A DNA stretch of 64,000 bases from Halarcobacter sp. (GTDB taxonomy: Bacteria > Campylobacterota > Campylobacteria > Campylobacterales > Arcobacteraceae). The stretch spans positions 1,344,001 through 1,408,000 of the forward strand of contig CP182352.1 of the NCBI GenBank assembly GCA_048571215.1, given 5' to 3'. The translations under genes were made by a program, and so were the position numbers. Positions 38,234 to 51,992 of this stretch are shown piece after piece; positions within the stretch are counted from its first letter, which is position 1, and each line of letters starts with the position of its first letter. The notes below the pieces were generated by a model. The model was not told the DNA's origin, did not search any database, and worked only from the letters and a program-made list of their open reading frames with translations.

Positions 38234-40849
38234 ATGATTAATATTTTTTCAAAGATATTTGGAACTACAAATGATAGAGAAGTAAAGAAATATAAGAAAA
38301 AAGCTGAGATTATTAATTCTTTAGAACCTCAATATGCGGCTATGAGTGATGAAGAGCTACAAGATAGTTTTAACAAACTAAAAGAGCAAGTTCAAAATGA
38401 AGAAAAAAGTTTAAATGATGTTTTATTTGATTCTTTTGCTATTACAAGAGAAGCTAGTAAAAGAGTTTTAAATATGAGACACTTTGATGTGCAACTTATT
38501 GGTGGTATGGTACTAAACGATGCAAGAATTGCAGAGATGAAAACAGGTGAAGGTAAAACTTTAGTTGCTACTCTACCTGTTATTTTAAATGCAATGACAC
38601 AAAGAGGTGTTCATGTTGTTACTGTAAATGATTATCTTGCAAGTAGAGATGCAAAAGAGTTAGAACCTTTATACAATTTCCTTGGATTTTCAGTTGGTAT
38701 TATAGTTGCTTCTATTGATGATGAAACAAGAAAAGAGCAATATGATGCAGATATTACTTATGGTACAAACAATGAGTTTGGATTTGATTACCTAAGAGAT
38801 AATATGAAATATGACCTTGAAGAGAAAGTTCAAAGGGATCATTATTTTGTTATTGTGGATGAAGTTGACTCTATTTTAATTGATGAAGCAAGAACTCCAC
38901 TTATAATATCTGGTCCTACAAATCATAAAAGTACTGACTATGCAAAAGCAAATGAGATAGCTTTACAACTTGAAAAAGGTGAAGTTATTGAACCAAAATC
39001 TTCAGATGAAAAACCTTATTCAACTGGAGATTTCACTGTTGATGAAAAAACAAAATCTGTATTACTAACTGAAAAAGGTATTGAAAAAGCTGAAAAACTT
39101 TTTGGTGTAGACAACCTTTATTCTCTAGAAAATGCAATGCTTTCTCATCATTTAGACCAATCATTAAAAGCAAACTATGCATTTGAAATAGATGTTGATT
39201 ATGTTGTAAAAGACAATGAGGTTATTATTGTAGATGAGTTTACAGGAAGACTTAGTGAAGGTAGAAGATATAGTGAAGGTTTACATCAAGCTTTAGAGGC
39301 TAAAGAGGGAGTTACAATCCAAGATGAGTCTCAAACATTAGCAGATATCACTTATCAAAACTACTTTAGAATGTATGATAAAATTGCAGGTATGACAGGT
39401 ACAGCCCAAACTGAAGCAACAGAGTTTGCAGAGATTTATAATCTTGATGTTGTATCTATACCAACAAATGTTCCAGTACAAAGAATTGATAAAAGTGACT
39501 TAATTTATAAAACAGAAAGAGAAAAATTTGAAGCTGTTTGCAAAAAAATCAAAGAGTATAATGATAAAGGTCAACCAGTACTAGTGGGAACTGCATCAAT
39601 TGAAAAAAGTGAACACCTACATAAATTATTAGTAAAAGAGAAAGTACCCCACACAGTTTTAAATGCAAAACAACATGAAAAAGAGGGTAAAATCATCGAA
39701 GATGCTGGTCTTAAAGGAGCAGTAACAATTGCTACAAATATGGCTGGACGGGGTGTTGATATTAAACTAACTCAAGAAACACTTGATTTGGGTGGTTTAG
39801 CTATTATTGGTACGGAAAGACACGAATCAAGAAGAATTGATAACCAATTAAGAGGACGATCAGGAAGACAAGGTGATATTGGGGAATCTCAATTCTATTT
39901 ATCTTTGGAAGACAATCTTTTAAGAATCTTTGGAAGTGATAAAATCAAAGGTATTATGGAAAGAATTGGTATTGAAGAGGGTGAATATATAGAATCTAAA
40001 ATGGTTACTCGTGCAGTTGAAAATGCTCAGAAAAAAGTAGAATCAATGCACTTTGAAAACAGAAAACATATTTTAGAATATGATGATGTTGCAAATAAAC
40101 AAAGAAAAGTAATCTTCTCTTTTAGAGATGACTTATTAAACCCAGAATACCAAATAGAATCAAAACTAGATGAAAACAGATTAGAGTATATTCAAGTACT
40201 TTTAGCAAATGGTGAGATTATCAACGGTATGCCACCGGAAGATTTTGATTACAATTATATTATTACAAAATTCCATGAAGAGTTAAACCTAATAGTTACA
40301 GAAGATGATATTAAAGCTAATAGTTATGATGAACTTGAAGAGAAACTTACAAATATAATCAAAGAGGTTTATGAAGATAAAATGAGTATTGCCGCACCTG
40401 AGCAAAAATCTGAAATTGAAAGAATTTTATATCTTCAAATCCTTGATAAAGCTTGGAGAGAGCACTTATACTCTATGGATACACTTAAAACTGGTATAGG
40501 CCTACGAGGTTATAACCAAAAAGACCCATTAGTTGAGTATAAAAAAGAGTCTTATAATATGTTCTTAGAACTAATAGGAAATATTAAAAATGAGATTATT
40601 AAAGTTCTATTTACTATTCAACTTCAAAGCCAAGATGATGCAAACAAAGAGCAAGAAGCAATAGAGAAGATGAGAGAACAAATGGAAGAAGCAACTGAAA
40701 ATCTTGTTACAAATCTTGATCAAGAGAAGGTTTTAAATAATGAGAAAAAGATTGCTAGAAATGAACCTTGCCCATGTGGGAGTGGTAAAAAGTATAAACA
40801 ATGTTGTGGGAAAAGTGGACCTAAAAGAGGTTTGATAGCAGGAAGCTAA
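38234..40849 (+). CDS. secA: Protein translocase ATPase SecA
   Basis: [35 protein letters not shown]-terminal [13 protein letters not shown] zinc motif. Confidence 0.98.
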   Translation: MINIFSKIFGTTNDREVKKYKKKAEIINSLEPQYAAMSDEELQDSFNKLKEQVQNEEKSLNDVLFDSFAITREASKRVLNMRHFDVQLIGGMVLNDARIAEMKTGEGKTLVATLPVILNAMTQRGVHVVTVNDYLASRDAKELEPLYNFLGFSVGIIVASIDDETRKEQYDADITYGTNNEFGFDYLRDNMKYDLEEKVQRDHYFVIVDEVDSILIDEARTPLIISGPTNHKSTDYAKANEIALQLEKGEVIEPKSSDEKPYSTGDFTVDEKTKSVLLTEKGIEKAEKLFGVDNLYSLENAMLSHHLDQSLKANYAFEIDVDYVVKDNEVIIVDEFTGRLSEGRRYSEGLHQALEAKEGVTIQDESQTLADITYQNYFRMYDKIAGMTGTAQTEATEFAEIYNLDVVSIPTNVPVQRIDKSDLIYKTEREKFEAVCKKIKEYNDKGQPVLVGTASIEKSEHLHKLLVKEKVPHTVLNAKQHEKEGKIIEDAGLKGAVTIATNMAGRGVDIKLTQETLDLGGLAIIGTERHESRRIDNQLRGRSGRQGDIGESQFYLSLEDNLLRIFGSDKIKGIMERIGIEEGEYIESKMVTRAVENAQKKVESMHFENRKHILEYDDVANKQRKVIFSFRDDLLNPEYQIESKLDENRLEYIQVLLANGEIINGMPPEDFDYNYIITKFHEELNLIVTEDDIKANSYDELEEKLTNIIKEVYEDKMSIAAPEQKSEIERILYLQILDKAWREHLYSMDTLKTGIGLRGYNQKDPLVEYKKESYNMFLELIGNIKNEIIKVLFTIQLQSQDDANKEQEAIEKMREQMEEATENLVTNLDQEKVLNNEKKIARNEPCPCGSGKKYKQCCGKSGPKRGLIAGS

Positions 40850-40850
40850 T

Positions 40851-42056
40851 TTGAATAAAGAATTAGTTAATTTTATTGTCAAAAAATATTTAAAATTTGA
40901 CAAAAAAAATCCATTTATATCAATAAGTGCAATCTTAGCATTTATTGGTGTAGCTATTGGTGTTATGGTACTTATCATCACTATGGCTATTATGAATGGT
41001 ACAGCAAAAGAGTTTGAAAGTAAACTTTTTACTATGAACTATCCTATCTCCTTATATCCAAAATATATAGATACTATAAACAAAGACTTATTAAAAGATT
41101 TAGAAAAAAAATTTCCTAAACTAAAATTTTCTCCTTATCTTTCTTCACAAGTTATTGTTCAAAAAGATCAAGATATGAGTGGAGGAGTTATTTTTGGAGT
41201 AGATCCCAAAAGAGAATCTCAAATAAATAGTATATATAAAAAAGCTATTAAGAATGTTAATTTATCTAAATATGATGCAATTTTAGGATATGGGATACAA
41301 GAATCTTTATATCTAGCAATCAATGATAAGGTAACACTATATTTTACATCATTAAACCCTACAGGTTTTTCTATGATACCAAAAATGAAAAGATTTAACT
41401 ATAAAGGTTATTTCAAATCTGGATTACATGCTTATGATAAAGCATATATTTATACTTCTATTGAAGCTTTACAAACTATTTTAAAAAAAGATTCAAACAG
41501 TTATGATGGGATACATGTGTATTCAGATAATGCAATGAAAGATATAAAAGCAATACAAGAATTTCTAATAGGTAAAGGGGTTGGGGCTATTGGTTGGTGG
41601 CAACAAAATGGAAACTTCTTTGCAGCTATGCAAATGGAAAAGAAGGCTTTATTTGTTGTATTGATGCTGATTATTCTTGTAGCTTCATTAAATATTCTTT
41701 CATCACTACTAATGACTGTTATGAGTAGAAGAAAAGAGATTGCTCTACTTTTATCTATGGGTTCATCATACAAAGAGATAAAACAGATTTTCTTAAGGCT
41801 TGGGATGATAATAGGTGTTTCAGGAATACTTACGGGAGTTAGTTTAGGTTTCTTTGGTATGTGGCTACTTGATACTTTTGATATTATATCTTTGCCTGCT
41901 GATGTATATGGAACTTCTAAACTTCCTTTAGATTTATCAAGTATTGATTTCTCTTTTATTGTTATTGGAGCTATATTTATAGTATTTTTATCATCATATT
42001 ATCCAGCAAAAAAAGCTACAAAAATAGATGTTATAGATGTCTTAAGAAATGAGTAG
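40851..42056 (+). CDS. Lipoprotein-releasing ABC transporter permease (LolC/E-type)
   Basis: IGVAIGVMVLIITMAIMNG, WWQQNGNFFAAMQMEK, RRKEIALL, YYPAKKA. Confidence 0.88.
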   Translation: MNKELVNFIVKKYLKFDKKNPFISISAILAFIGVAIGVMVLIITMAIMNGTAKEFESKLFTMNYPISLYPKYIDTINKDLLKDLEKKFPKLKFSPYLSSQVIVQKDQDMSGGVIFGVDPKRESQINSIYKKAIKNVNLSKYDAILGYGIQESLYLAINDKVTLYFTSLNPTGFSMIPKMKRFNYKGYFKSGLHAYDKAYIYTSIEALQTILKKDSNSYDGIHVYSDNAMKDIKAIQEFLIGKGVGAIGWWQQNGNFFAAMQMEKKALFVVLMLIILVASLNILSSLLMTVMSRRKEIALLLSMGSSYKEIKQIFLRLGMIIGVSGILTGVSLGFFGMWLLDTFDIISLPADVYGTSKLPLDLSSIDFSFIVIGAIFIVFLSSYYPAKKATKIDVIDVLRNE

Positions 42057-42070
42057 ATAGTAAATACTAT

Positions 42071-45025
42071 CTACTTTTTCTCCTCTTTTTTCTCATCAGA
42101 TTCAAATAATTTCATAGGTGAAGTTATGATTCTTTTTATAAAATTATATGGTGCTTTAATTCCCTCTTTTATAAAAACAGTTTTATACTGTGGTTCTTCT
42201 AGGGTACCATATATTTGTACCTTAGTTGAAACTCTATTTTCATCCCCTAAAAGAATATAATTTACAACAGGAATAGAGCCAACTATTTTTGAATAATTTT
42301 TAAAAAATACCATTTTTAATTCAGAGTCAACCTTTGAAGTCTTAAAATCAATAGTAGTATACCCATCAAAATCTATCCCATTTCCTTTGGTAAAAACTCT
42401 TTTCATATTCAAAAACTTATCATCTAAATTATAAGTAAAATCTATTTGTCCTTCTACAACTCTATATCCATTTAGATTAAAGCCTCCATTTGTTGCCATA
42501 CCAACAACAGATGGGATTGCTAAAAGTGGATTAATTAAGCCAGGTGATGTATTTACCAATATTAAAAGATTATTTAAAATAGCTAAATCCACTATTTTAC
42601 TATTAGTAATATCAGCTTTCCCTGTAATAATCCCATTACTACCCTCAGCATTAATATTTACTATACCACCCTCAATTAAGTTTTTTCCAAATAATGCATT
42701 TAGAAACTTGTCATTCATATTTAAAGCATTAACTTTAATTTTTCCATCAAAACCTTTATAATATTTGAAACTTATTTCATCATTTGTTAGATCTATTTTA
42801 GTTTGATGGTTTTCAAAAATAAAATTGTATTTTTTTGCTTTGGCAATATGTTTTTTATTTATTATTATATTTGAATTGATTCCATCAATATAATAAGCAG
42901 TAGTATTCTTCTCATCTGTCTCATCACTTGTATTATATATAACATCATATCCATTAAGACTCATTTTTACTTTTTCATTTTTTATATTATAGTCAAGTTC
43001 TAAATTTTTGTCTGATGACTCTATTTTTATAATATCACCATTATAGATGCCATCAACTTGCAAGTGAGTTATTTTTTTTCCATCTTTTGATATTGGTAAA
43101 TCCAAGCCTATTACATCTGCACTAAACTTTATTTCATTATTTTCTATTTTAAAATTTGCCCAATTTGCTTTATAAGTATGTTTATCATCTATAATAATAT
43201 TACTATTGCTTACTTCTAACTTCAAATTTGGTAGAGTTTTATTTTTTTCATCTTTATTATTTGATATATCTACATCAAAATTTACCAATTTAACTAAAGG
43301 TAAACTATTATCAAGTAACTCTATTTGTATATCTTTTTCTTCATTGTATAGCTCAGTCTTATTATCTTTTACTATACCTTTTAGTTTTAAACTATCAATT
43401 TTTTTACCATTTTTGTATATAGGATAATCAATACTATTTGTTTGAAAGTTAAACTCAATATTATTTTCATCAACTATATCTAACGAGAGTTCACCACTTG
43501 TAATATCAGCATCTTTTAAAATATCACTATAATTATAAAGGGTACCTAACTTTCTAATTAAAACATTTATATTTTCTTTTTGGATATTTATAAGTGTATT
43601 TAAATCAACTAAATCAATAGTTGTATTTTCATTAAAATCTACTTTTAATTTTGTGTCAAAATCTTTTAACTTTATTACACTTTTATTTTTAGAATCTATT
43701 TTAAACTCTTTTATAAAGGCACTACCTTTTGCTAGATGTTTTTTAGTATCAATATCAAGTTTTACTTTTGCATTTAACATATCTTTATGGGAAACATCTG
43801 AATCAACAATCTTAACAAGAGTATCTTTTAAAACCACATTTGCATCTTTAATAAAAAAATCAAAGTTATTTAGTTTCATATTTGCATTTTTTATATGAAA
43901 TTTACCATCAATATCCATTTTATTTTTGGCTAAATAAGGGATTTTTAGAACTAAAGACGAACTAGCTTTTCCATCAAGTTGTTTTAAGGGAAGATTTATT
44001 TTGAAAGCTTTTAAAATCTCTAAAATATCATCATTTAAAATTGAATTGGTTTTTAAATCAACAATAACCCGTCCTTTGCTAAGACTAGTTAAATGTTCTA
44101 TATATACCCTACTTCCATCTATACTATTACCATTATATGAGGGTTTGTCCAAATCAAAATATAGTGTGTCTTTTTTAAAATTAATTGTTAATTTTGAAGT
44201 ATCTACAACTTTTGCAGCTTTGTTAAACCTTATCTTTGCATTATCAATAGTAGCATTACCTTTTAAGTCATGCTCTAAAAGTTTCATTTTGTTTATATCA
44301 AATTTACCATAAAGATAATTTAGTGTGATATCCCCTGTAACATTATCATACATCCATTGCTCTGCAACTTTATCCAACCTAATAAAATCTTTTAAAAAGG
44401 AAATACTTTTTATACTATTTATAGTATTAATATAAAAATCTAAGATATCATCTTTTAATTGAATATTTATATCCCCGTCAACAGCTTTATAGTTATATGA
44501 ACCAAAAAAGTTAATAATATTTTTTCTTGTATCAACTTTCGATTTACCAAATAGAGTTAAACCACTATTTTTAATATATAATGAGCTTATATCCATAGTT
44601 ATTTGAGAAGCTGCAAAACTAAGTGAGGAAGCTAGATTTATCTCGTTGTTATCTAGATACATATAGTTTTTATTTAAAGTAAAAGTAAAATGATTATCAC
44701 CAATATTTAATCTCTCTATATCTATTCTTTCAAATGTATTTAAAATTAATGGAAGATTTGAAAGAGTATTATATATAGCTTTAGTATCATTAGCAACTTT
44801 TTTTCTATTTTTTCCAAAAGAAAAGTTTAATTTGCCAATTTCTAAAATAAGTTTTTTATCATATTTTAAATACAATTTCGAAACAGAAAAGTTTCCAAAA
44901 GAAAATGAATCAACTTTTATTCCCAAAAACAAGGACAAACCAATTATAAATAATAAACAAATAAAAAAAACTGCTATTAGTTTGATAATTTTTAACACTA
45001 TTGAACTATTCCTTATAACTACCAT
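42071..45025 (-). CDS. AsmA-like / YhdP-type (DUF3971) envelope protein
   Basis: N-terminal TM anchor, long beta-rich body, C-terminal IPVVNYILLG..GTLEEP AsmA_2-type motif. Confidence 0.75.
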   Translation of the reverse strand: MVVIRNSSIVLKIIKLIAVFFICLLFIIGLSLFLGIKVDSFSFGNFSVSKLYLKYDKKLILEIGKLNFSFGKNRKKVANDTKAIYNTLSNLPLILNTFERIDIERLNIGDNHFTFTLNKNYMYLDNNEINLASSLSFAASQITMDISSLYIKNSGLTLFGKSKVDTRKNIINFFGSYNYKAVDGDINIQLKDDILDFYINTINSIKSISFLKDFIRLDKVAEQWMYDNVTGDITLNYLYGKFDINKMKLLEHDLKGNATIDNAKIRFNKAAKVVDTSKLTINFKKDTLYFDLDKPSYNGNSIDGSRVYIEHLTSLSKGRVIVDLKTNSILNDDILEILKAFKINLPLKQLDGKASSSLVLKIPYLAKNKMDIDGKFHIKNANMKLNNFDFFIKDANVVLKDTLVKIVDSDVSHKDMLNAKVKLDIDTKKHLAKGSAFIKEFKIDSKNKSVIKLKDFDTKLKVDFNENTTIDLVDLNTLINIQKENINVLIRKLGTLYNYSDILKDADITSGELSLDIVDENNIEFNFQTNSIDYPIYKNGKKIDSLKLKGIVKDNKTELYNEEKDIQIELLDNSLPLVKLVNFDVDISNNKDEKNKTLPNLKLEVSNSNIIIDDKHTYKANWANFKIENNEIKFSADVIGLDLPISKDGKKITHLQVDGIYNGDIIKIESSDKNLELDYNIKNEKVKMSLNGYDVIYNTSDETDEKNTTAYYIDGINSNIIINKKHIAKAKKYNFIFENHQTKIDLTNDEISFKYYKGFDGKIKVNALNMNDKFLNALFGKNLIEGGIVNINAEGSNGIITGKADITNSKIVDLAILNNLLILVNTSPGLINPLLAIPSVVGMATNGGFNLNGYRVVEGQIDFTYNLDDKFLNMKRVFTKGNGIDFDGYTTIDFKTSKVDSELKMVFFKNYSKIVGSIPVVNYILLGDENRVSTKVQIYGTLEEPQYKTVFIKEGIKAPYNFIKRIITSPMKLFESDEKKEEKK

Positions 45026-46040
45026 ATCAATACTTTTTTATTTAAATATAACACTTAGTTCTACTAAAGTATTGTATATACCTAAAGGTAGTACTTCATA
45101 TATTATAACATATTTAAACAAAACAGGTTATGAGGTAAACTATCTTGATAAACTTATAATTAAACTTTTAGGTTATCCCCAAAGTGGTTGGATAGATCTA
45201 AAATCACAGTATATGACAAAAGCAGATTTTTTAATAAAACTAACAAGATCAAAAGCAGCTTTAAAAACTGTTACACTAATTCCAGGGGAGACTTATTATA
45301 TCTTTTTACAAGATATTGCAAAGAGATTTAATCTTTCATTTGATAAATTATTAAAAGTTTATAAAGAGCATGCCTACAAAAATGATGGTAATATTTTAGC
45401 TGAAACCTACTCTTTACCATATGGAATGAAAGAGGATCATTTAGTTTATTATCTATTTTCTCAAACAAATAGCAAATATGAAGAGTTTTCAAAAAAAATA
45501 TTTGGTTATTATGATAAAAAAAATTGGTACTACTATATAACTATTGCCTCAATTATTCAAAAAGAAGCAGCTACTGTAGATGAGATGCCTATAGTCTCAA
45601 GTGTAATATATAATAGACTAAAAAAGGGTATGGCTTTACAAATGGATGGAACTTTGAATTATGCAGAATATTCCCATGTAAAAATCACCGCATCTAGAAT
45701 AAAAGAGGATTTATCATCATATAACACTTACAAAAATAAAGGTCTGCCTAAACATCCTATTTGTGCAGTAAGCTTAAATGCTATAAAAGCTGCAATTTTC
45801 CCAGTAAAAAGTGATTATATATATTTTGTAAAGGATAATAGAACAGGTTTACATAAGTTTTCTTCATCATATAAAGCACATGTTAATAATATCAAAGCAA
45901 ACAAAGGTGTTAAAAAAAGTTACACTAAAGTAAAAGAGAAAGAAACAATTTTAGATAAAGAAGCTAAAAAAATCATGGAAACTGATGTAACAAAGCAAAA
46001 ACCTACCTCAATTAAAGATTTATGGAAAAGTGTAAATTGA
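44832..46040 (+). CDS. mltG: Endolytic transglycosylase MltG (start uncertain: TTG 44832 or TTG 44982)
   Basis: TLIPGET, IASIIQKEA, VIYNRLKKGMALQMDGT, YNTYKNKGLP..PI, YIYFV. Confidence 0.9.
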   Translation: MPISKISFLSYFKYNFETEKFPKENESTFIPKNKDKPIINNKQIKKTAISLIIFNTIELFLITTISILFYLNITLSSTKVLYIPKGSTSYIITYLNKTGYEVNYLDKLIIKLLGYPQSGWIDLKSQYMTKADFLIKLTRSKAALKTVTLIPGETYYIFLQDIAKRFNLSFDKLLKVYKEHAYKNDGNILAETYSLPYGMKEDHLVYYLFSQTNSKYEEFSKKIFGYYDKKNWYYYITIASIIQKEAATVDEMPIVSSVIYNRLKKGMALQMDGTLNYAEYSHVKITASRIKEDLSSYNTYKNKGLPKHPICAVSLNAIKAAIFPVKSDYIYFVKDNRTGLHKFSSSYKAHVNNIKANKGVKKSYTKVKEKETILDKEAKKIMETDVTKQKPTSIKDLWKSVN

Positions 46041-46143
46041 TTTTGTGAAAAATTGAAACATAGAAAATATACAATGGGAAATTAATTAATTTTTCATAAA
46101 TAACAAATTTAAATACTGCTATGATACTTCTACTTTAAATTAA

Positions 46144-48351
<2,208 letters not shown>

Positions 48352-48369
48352 TTTATAATCCATAATCTT

Positions 48370-48401
48370 AAAAGGTAGAGTTCTTCACTCTACCTTTTTT
48401 T
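48370..48401 (+). terminator. Intrinsic terminator of icd
   Basis: AAAAGGTAGAG-TTCTTCA-CTCTACCTTTTTTT. Confidence 0.8.
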
Positions 48402-48515
48402 ATGCACTTTTTTTATATACTTTTTTTAATTTTTTGCCTAATTTTCATATTTGCTTTTATGCTAAGAGCGAACTCGATATAATCACAAAAACTATAGATA
48501 ATAAAAGGTTTATAA

Positions 48516-49457
48516 GTGAATAATAAAAAAGTTGGAATAATTGGTGTTGGAAATGTAGGTTCTACTTTAGCTTACACTTTAGCTTCTAAAGCTGCTTGTT
48601 CGTCAATTATATTAAAAGATATTAGAGAAAATATTGTTCAGGCAATGGCTTTAGATATATCACAAGCTTCAAATGCTGTAAAATCTCACACAAGAGTTAA
48701 AGCTGCAAGTAGTGGAAAAGATTTAGAAAATTGTGATTTGATAGTTGTAACAGCAGGACTTCCTAGGACACCTGGTATGTCTAGAGATGATTTATTAATT
48801 AAAAATGCAAATATAATGGAATCTGTTTTAAAAGATGTAAAAGAGTATTCCTCAAATGCAAAATTAATTATAGTTTCTAATCCTCTAGATGCCATGGTTT
48901 ATACAGCCCTTAAAATTACTGGTTTTCCAAGAAATCAAGTAATTGGAATGGCTGGTATTTTAGATAGTGCTAGAATGAGTCACTTTATTTTAGAAAAGCT
49001 TGGTTATGGTGCTGGACAAATAGAATCTTCTGTAATGGGTGGACATGGTGATGATATGGTTCCACTTCCAAACTATTCAACAGTTGCAGGTGTTCCTTTA
49101 TATGAGCTTTTAAGTACAGATGAGATAGATGAAATTGTAACAAACACAAAGAATGGTGGAGCACAAATTGTTAAATATCTAGAAACTGGCTCTGCTTATT
49201 ATGCTCCTGCTCATGCAACTTCTCTTATGGTTGAAGCTATTTTACATAATAAAAAGAAAATTTATCCATGTGCTGTTATGTTAGAAGGTGAATATGGATA
49301 TAAAGATGTTGTAAGTGGAATACCTGTAATGTTAGGTGCAAATGGTATTGAAAAAATTATTGAATTAAATTTAAATATAAAACAAGAAGAACTGTTTGCA
49401 AACTCTATTAAATCAGTACAAGGTTTAATTGAAGTATTAGAGAATAGATTTTTCTAA
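48516..49457 (+). CDS. mdh: Malate dehydrogenase (LDH-like)
   Basis: GVGNVG, TAGLPRTPGMSRDDL, VSNPLD, LDSAR, GGHGD. Confidence 0.93.
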   Translation: MNNKKVGIIGVGNVGSTLAYTLASKAACSSIILKDIRENIVQAMALDISQASNAVKSHTRVKAASSGKDLENCDLIVVTAGLPRTPGMSRDDLLIKNANIMESVLKDVKEYSSNAKLIIVSNPLDAMVYTALKITGFPRNQVIGMAGILDSARMSHFILEKLGYGAGQIESSVMGGHGDDMVPLPNYSTVAGVPLYELLSTDEIDEIVTNTKNGGAQIVKYLETGSAYYAPAHATSLMVEAILHNKKKIYPCAVMLEGEYGYKDVVSGIPVMLGANGIEKIIELNLNIKQEELFANSIKSVQGLIEVLENRFF

Positions 49458-49494
49458 TATCTAGCTTTATATAATAAAAAATGAAAGGACTATT

Positions 49495-49794
49495 ATGAAA
49501 AAAACATTAGAAGTTTATAATGTAAAATGTGGTGGATGTGCTAACACTCTAACGAGTGCACTAAAAGAAGATTTTGGGGAAGTTACAGTTAACTTAGATG
49601 TTGAACCAAGACAAATTACACTTGAAATTGAAGATGATAAAATTCAAGAGCTTAAAACAAAACTTAGAAGTTTAGGTTACCCCCTAACAACAGATGAGTT
49701 AAGTGGTTTTGAAAAAGCTACAACTACAGCAAAAAGCTTTGTAAGTTGTGCTGTAGGTAAGTTTAATGTGGCAACAGGTAAAAATGATAATTAA
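49495..49794 (+). CDS. Heavy-metal-associated (HMA) domain protein
   Basis: NVKCGGC, LGYP, C-terminal AKSFVSCAVG. Confidence 0.8.
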   Translation: MKKTLEVYNVKCGGCANTLTSALKEDFGEVTVNLDVEPRQITLEIEDDKIQELKTKLRSLGYPLTTDELSGFEKATTTAKSFVSCAVGKFNVATGKNDN

Positions 49795-49865
49795 AATTAT
49801 CATATAAAGATTTAAAGATATTTGCAATAAGATTATATTATAAAATTTTCTTTTAGGAGGAAATT

Positions 49866-50246
49866 ATGCAAATGCATAAACACGAACTAACAGTTGGTAT
49901 ACAAAAAGTTGATAGTAGTTTTTTACTTACTATAAAAGCAGTTGGTAAACTTACCCATGAAGATTATCAAACAATAAACCCTATGATTGATTCAGCCATT
50001 GAAGGTATTAAAAATCCTAAAATTAGAGCTATTGTTGATTGTACTGAGCTTGATGGTTGGGAACTTGAAGCTGCTTGGGATGATTTAAAACTTGGACTTA
50101 AACATGGAAATGAGTTTGAAAAGATTGCCATAATCAATAGCAAAACTTGGATAAAAGTTGGTTCTATAATAGCAGCTTGGTTTATCCAAGGAGAAGTAAA
50201 AAACTTCGAAAATGAGTTAGAAGCCTTTGAATGGATAAATGAATAA
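49866..50246 (+). CDS. SpoIIAA-like (STAS/SEC14) protein
   Basis: GKLTHEDY, AAWDDLKLG..H, KIAII, AFEWI. Confidence 0.82.
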   Translation: MQMHKHELTVGIQKVDSSFLLTIKAVGKLTHEDYQTINPMIDSAIEGIKNPKIRAIVDCTELDGWELEAAWDDLKLGLKHGNEFEKIAIINSKTWIKVGSIIAAWFIQGEVKNFENELEAFEWINE

Positions 50247-50273
50247 GATGCAGAGATTTTATCTCTGTATCTT
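50245..50273. terminator. Bidirectional terminator
   Basis: AAGATGCAGAGAT-TTT-ATCTCTGTATCTT between convergent genes. Confidence 0.6.
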
Positions 50274-51335
50274 TTACTGTAAAAGTGGTAGTTTATTTAA
50301 TAAATCTTCACAATAATCCCATTGCTCTAGAGTATCTCTCCACTCTTTTGGAATACCATTTACCCCAAAATAAGCCCCAAGTACCATACCAATCATAATA
50401 CCTCTAGAAGCATTATCACCACCAACCATAGCATTAGCTTGAAGTGCTTTTTTAAGACCATCTTCTTTGTTGGCATATTTTAAGATAAAATAAATACTTC
50501 CAGGCATAGTTCCTTCAGTAGGACTAGCTTTTCCTACTTTTATAGGTTCACTTCTCCCCACATCCCAAAGTCTTGCCATTGAGGTGAGTGCTAAATCATC
50601 ACTAAACTGCTCTTTTGATAAATCAGATTCAGGATTTGATTCCTCTTCATATTTTGCAATTGCTTGCTTAACTTTATCTTGATAAAAACCACCCAAAAGT
50701 TTTCCAACCTCTTCTATTGCAACTCTTGGTTTGGCTCCATTTATAACTCGGTTTGTAACCCTAGCAAAAAACTCTGCTCCACCTAAGGCATGGGATTCTT
50801 TATGGGTAAACATAGCTTTTTTTGCCACATCTACTAAGACTTCTTCATCATCATAATAAGCATGAGCTGCCACATGTCTTATGGCTGTTGCATTTGAATA
50901 TCCACCTAAATCTTCTACTTTTACACCTCTTTTTACTTGGGCATAGGTTTCCCTTGTCATTGTACAAATCCAAGAGCCCCAACTATTTTCTAATCTATTC
51001 ATCCAATGGGGAATGACAGCTTTTACCTCAAACTCTTGAATAGGATTTGCAGTTTTTGCTAAATATTCTAATATAAGAATATTATAATCCCCATAATCAG
51101 TTGTTCCACCAGCTTTTTTGCCAGGATGATAGTTTTGTTCACCCCAACCTATTCCATGAGTCATTCCACCCATCATTTCACCTGGGCTCATAAACTTTTC
51201 TATGGGTTTTTCACCATATGCCTTATATATCTTTTTTGCGTCATATTCATAATGACTACCTAAACATAAAGCATCTGCAACAATTGATGCAAAAAAAGCA
51301 CCTCGTATAGAGTCTTGTTTTGTAATATTATTCAT
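50274..51335 (-). CDS. ADP-ribosylglycohydrolase family protein
   Basis: GAFFASIVADAL, TH, NAMVGGDNASRG..IG..LGAYFG..GIPKEW. Confidence 0.85.
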   Translation of the reverse strand: MNNITKQDSIRGAFFASIVADALCLGSHYEYDAKKIYKAYGEKPIEKFMSPGEMMGGMTHGIGWGEQNYHPGKKAGGTTDYGDYNILILEYLAKTANPIQEFEVKAVIPHWMNRLENSWGSWICTMTRETYAQVKRGVKVEDLGGYSNATAIRHVAAHAYYDDEEVLVDVAKKAMFTHKESHALGGAEFFARVTNRVINGAKPRVAIEEVGKLLGGFYQDKVKQAIAKYEEESNPESDLSKEQFSDDLALTSMARLWDVGRSEPIKVGKASPTEGTMPGSIYFILKYANKEDGLKKALQANAMVGGDNASRGIMIGMVLGAYFGVNGIPKEWRDTLEQWDYCEDLLNKLPLLQ

Positions 51336-51368
51336 TTTTTTACCTAAGTTGTATGGTTGGGAGAGATT

Positions 51369-51396
51369 AAAAAAGGGTCATGAGATATGACCCTTT
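51369..51396 (-). terminator. Intrinsic terminator of sodB
   Basis: Minus strand AAAGGGTCAT-ATCTC-ATGACCCTTTTTT. Confidence 0.75.
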
Positions 51397-51416
51397 AAAT
51401 TAGATTGAGATTATAA

Positions 51417-51992
51417 CTATTTTAGATTTTGTGCTACAAAATCCCAATTAACTAGTTTCCAAAAATTTTCTAGATATTTTGGTCTTGCATTTCTTGTATC
51501 AATATAATAAGCATGCTCCCAAACATCACATGTTAATATAGGAGTTAAACCTTCAGTTATTGGAGTTTCAGCATTTGGCGTAGCCACAACCTCTAACTTA
51601 CCATTTTTATCTTTTACTAACCATGCCCAACCTGAACCAAAATGATTAACAGCAGTATTTGTAAATATTTCTTTAAATTTATCAACTGAACCAAATGCTT
51701 CATTTAATAAGCTTTCAACTTCTGATGGCATCTCACTACCATTAGGTGTTAAACCCTTCCAAAAAAAATCGTGGTTAAAAACTTGTGCAGAGTTATTAAA
51801 TACTCCACCATCAGAATCTTTAATAATATCTTCTAAAGGAAGTGCTTCATATTTTGTTCCTTCAATTAGACCATTCAATTTTGTTACATATGTTTGATGA
51901 TGTTTTCCATAGTGAAACTCTAAAGTTTCTTTTGACATATACGGTTCTAAAGCATCCAATTCATAAGGTAATTTCATTAATTCATGTGCCAT
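51417..51992 (-). CDS. sodB: Fe-superoxide dismutase
   Basis: HYGKHHQTY, FNNSAQVFNH (Fe-type), FGSGWAW, DVWEHAYY. Confidence 0.95.
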   Translation of the reverse strand: MAHELMKLPYELDALEPYMSKETLEFHYGKHHQTYVTKLNGLIEGTKYEALPLEDIIKDSDGGVFNNSAQVFNHDFFWKGLTPNGSEMPSEVESLLNEAFGSVDKFKEIFTNTAVNHFGSGWAWLVKDKNGKLEVVATPNAETPITEGLTPILTCDVWEHAYYIDTRNARPKYLENFWKLVNWDFVAQNLK

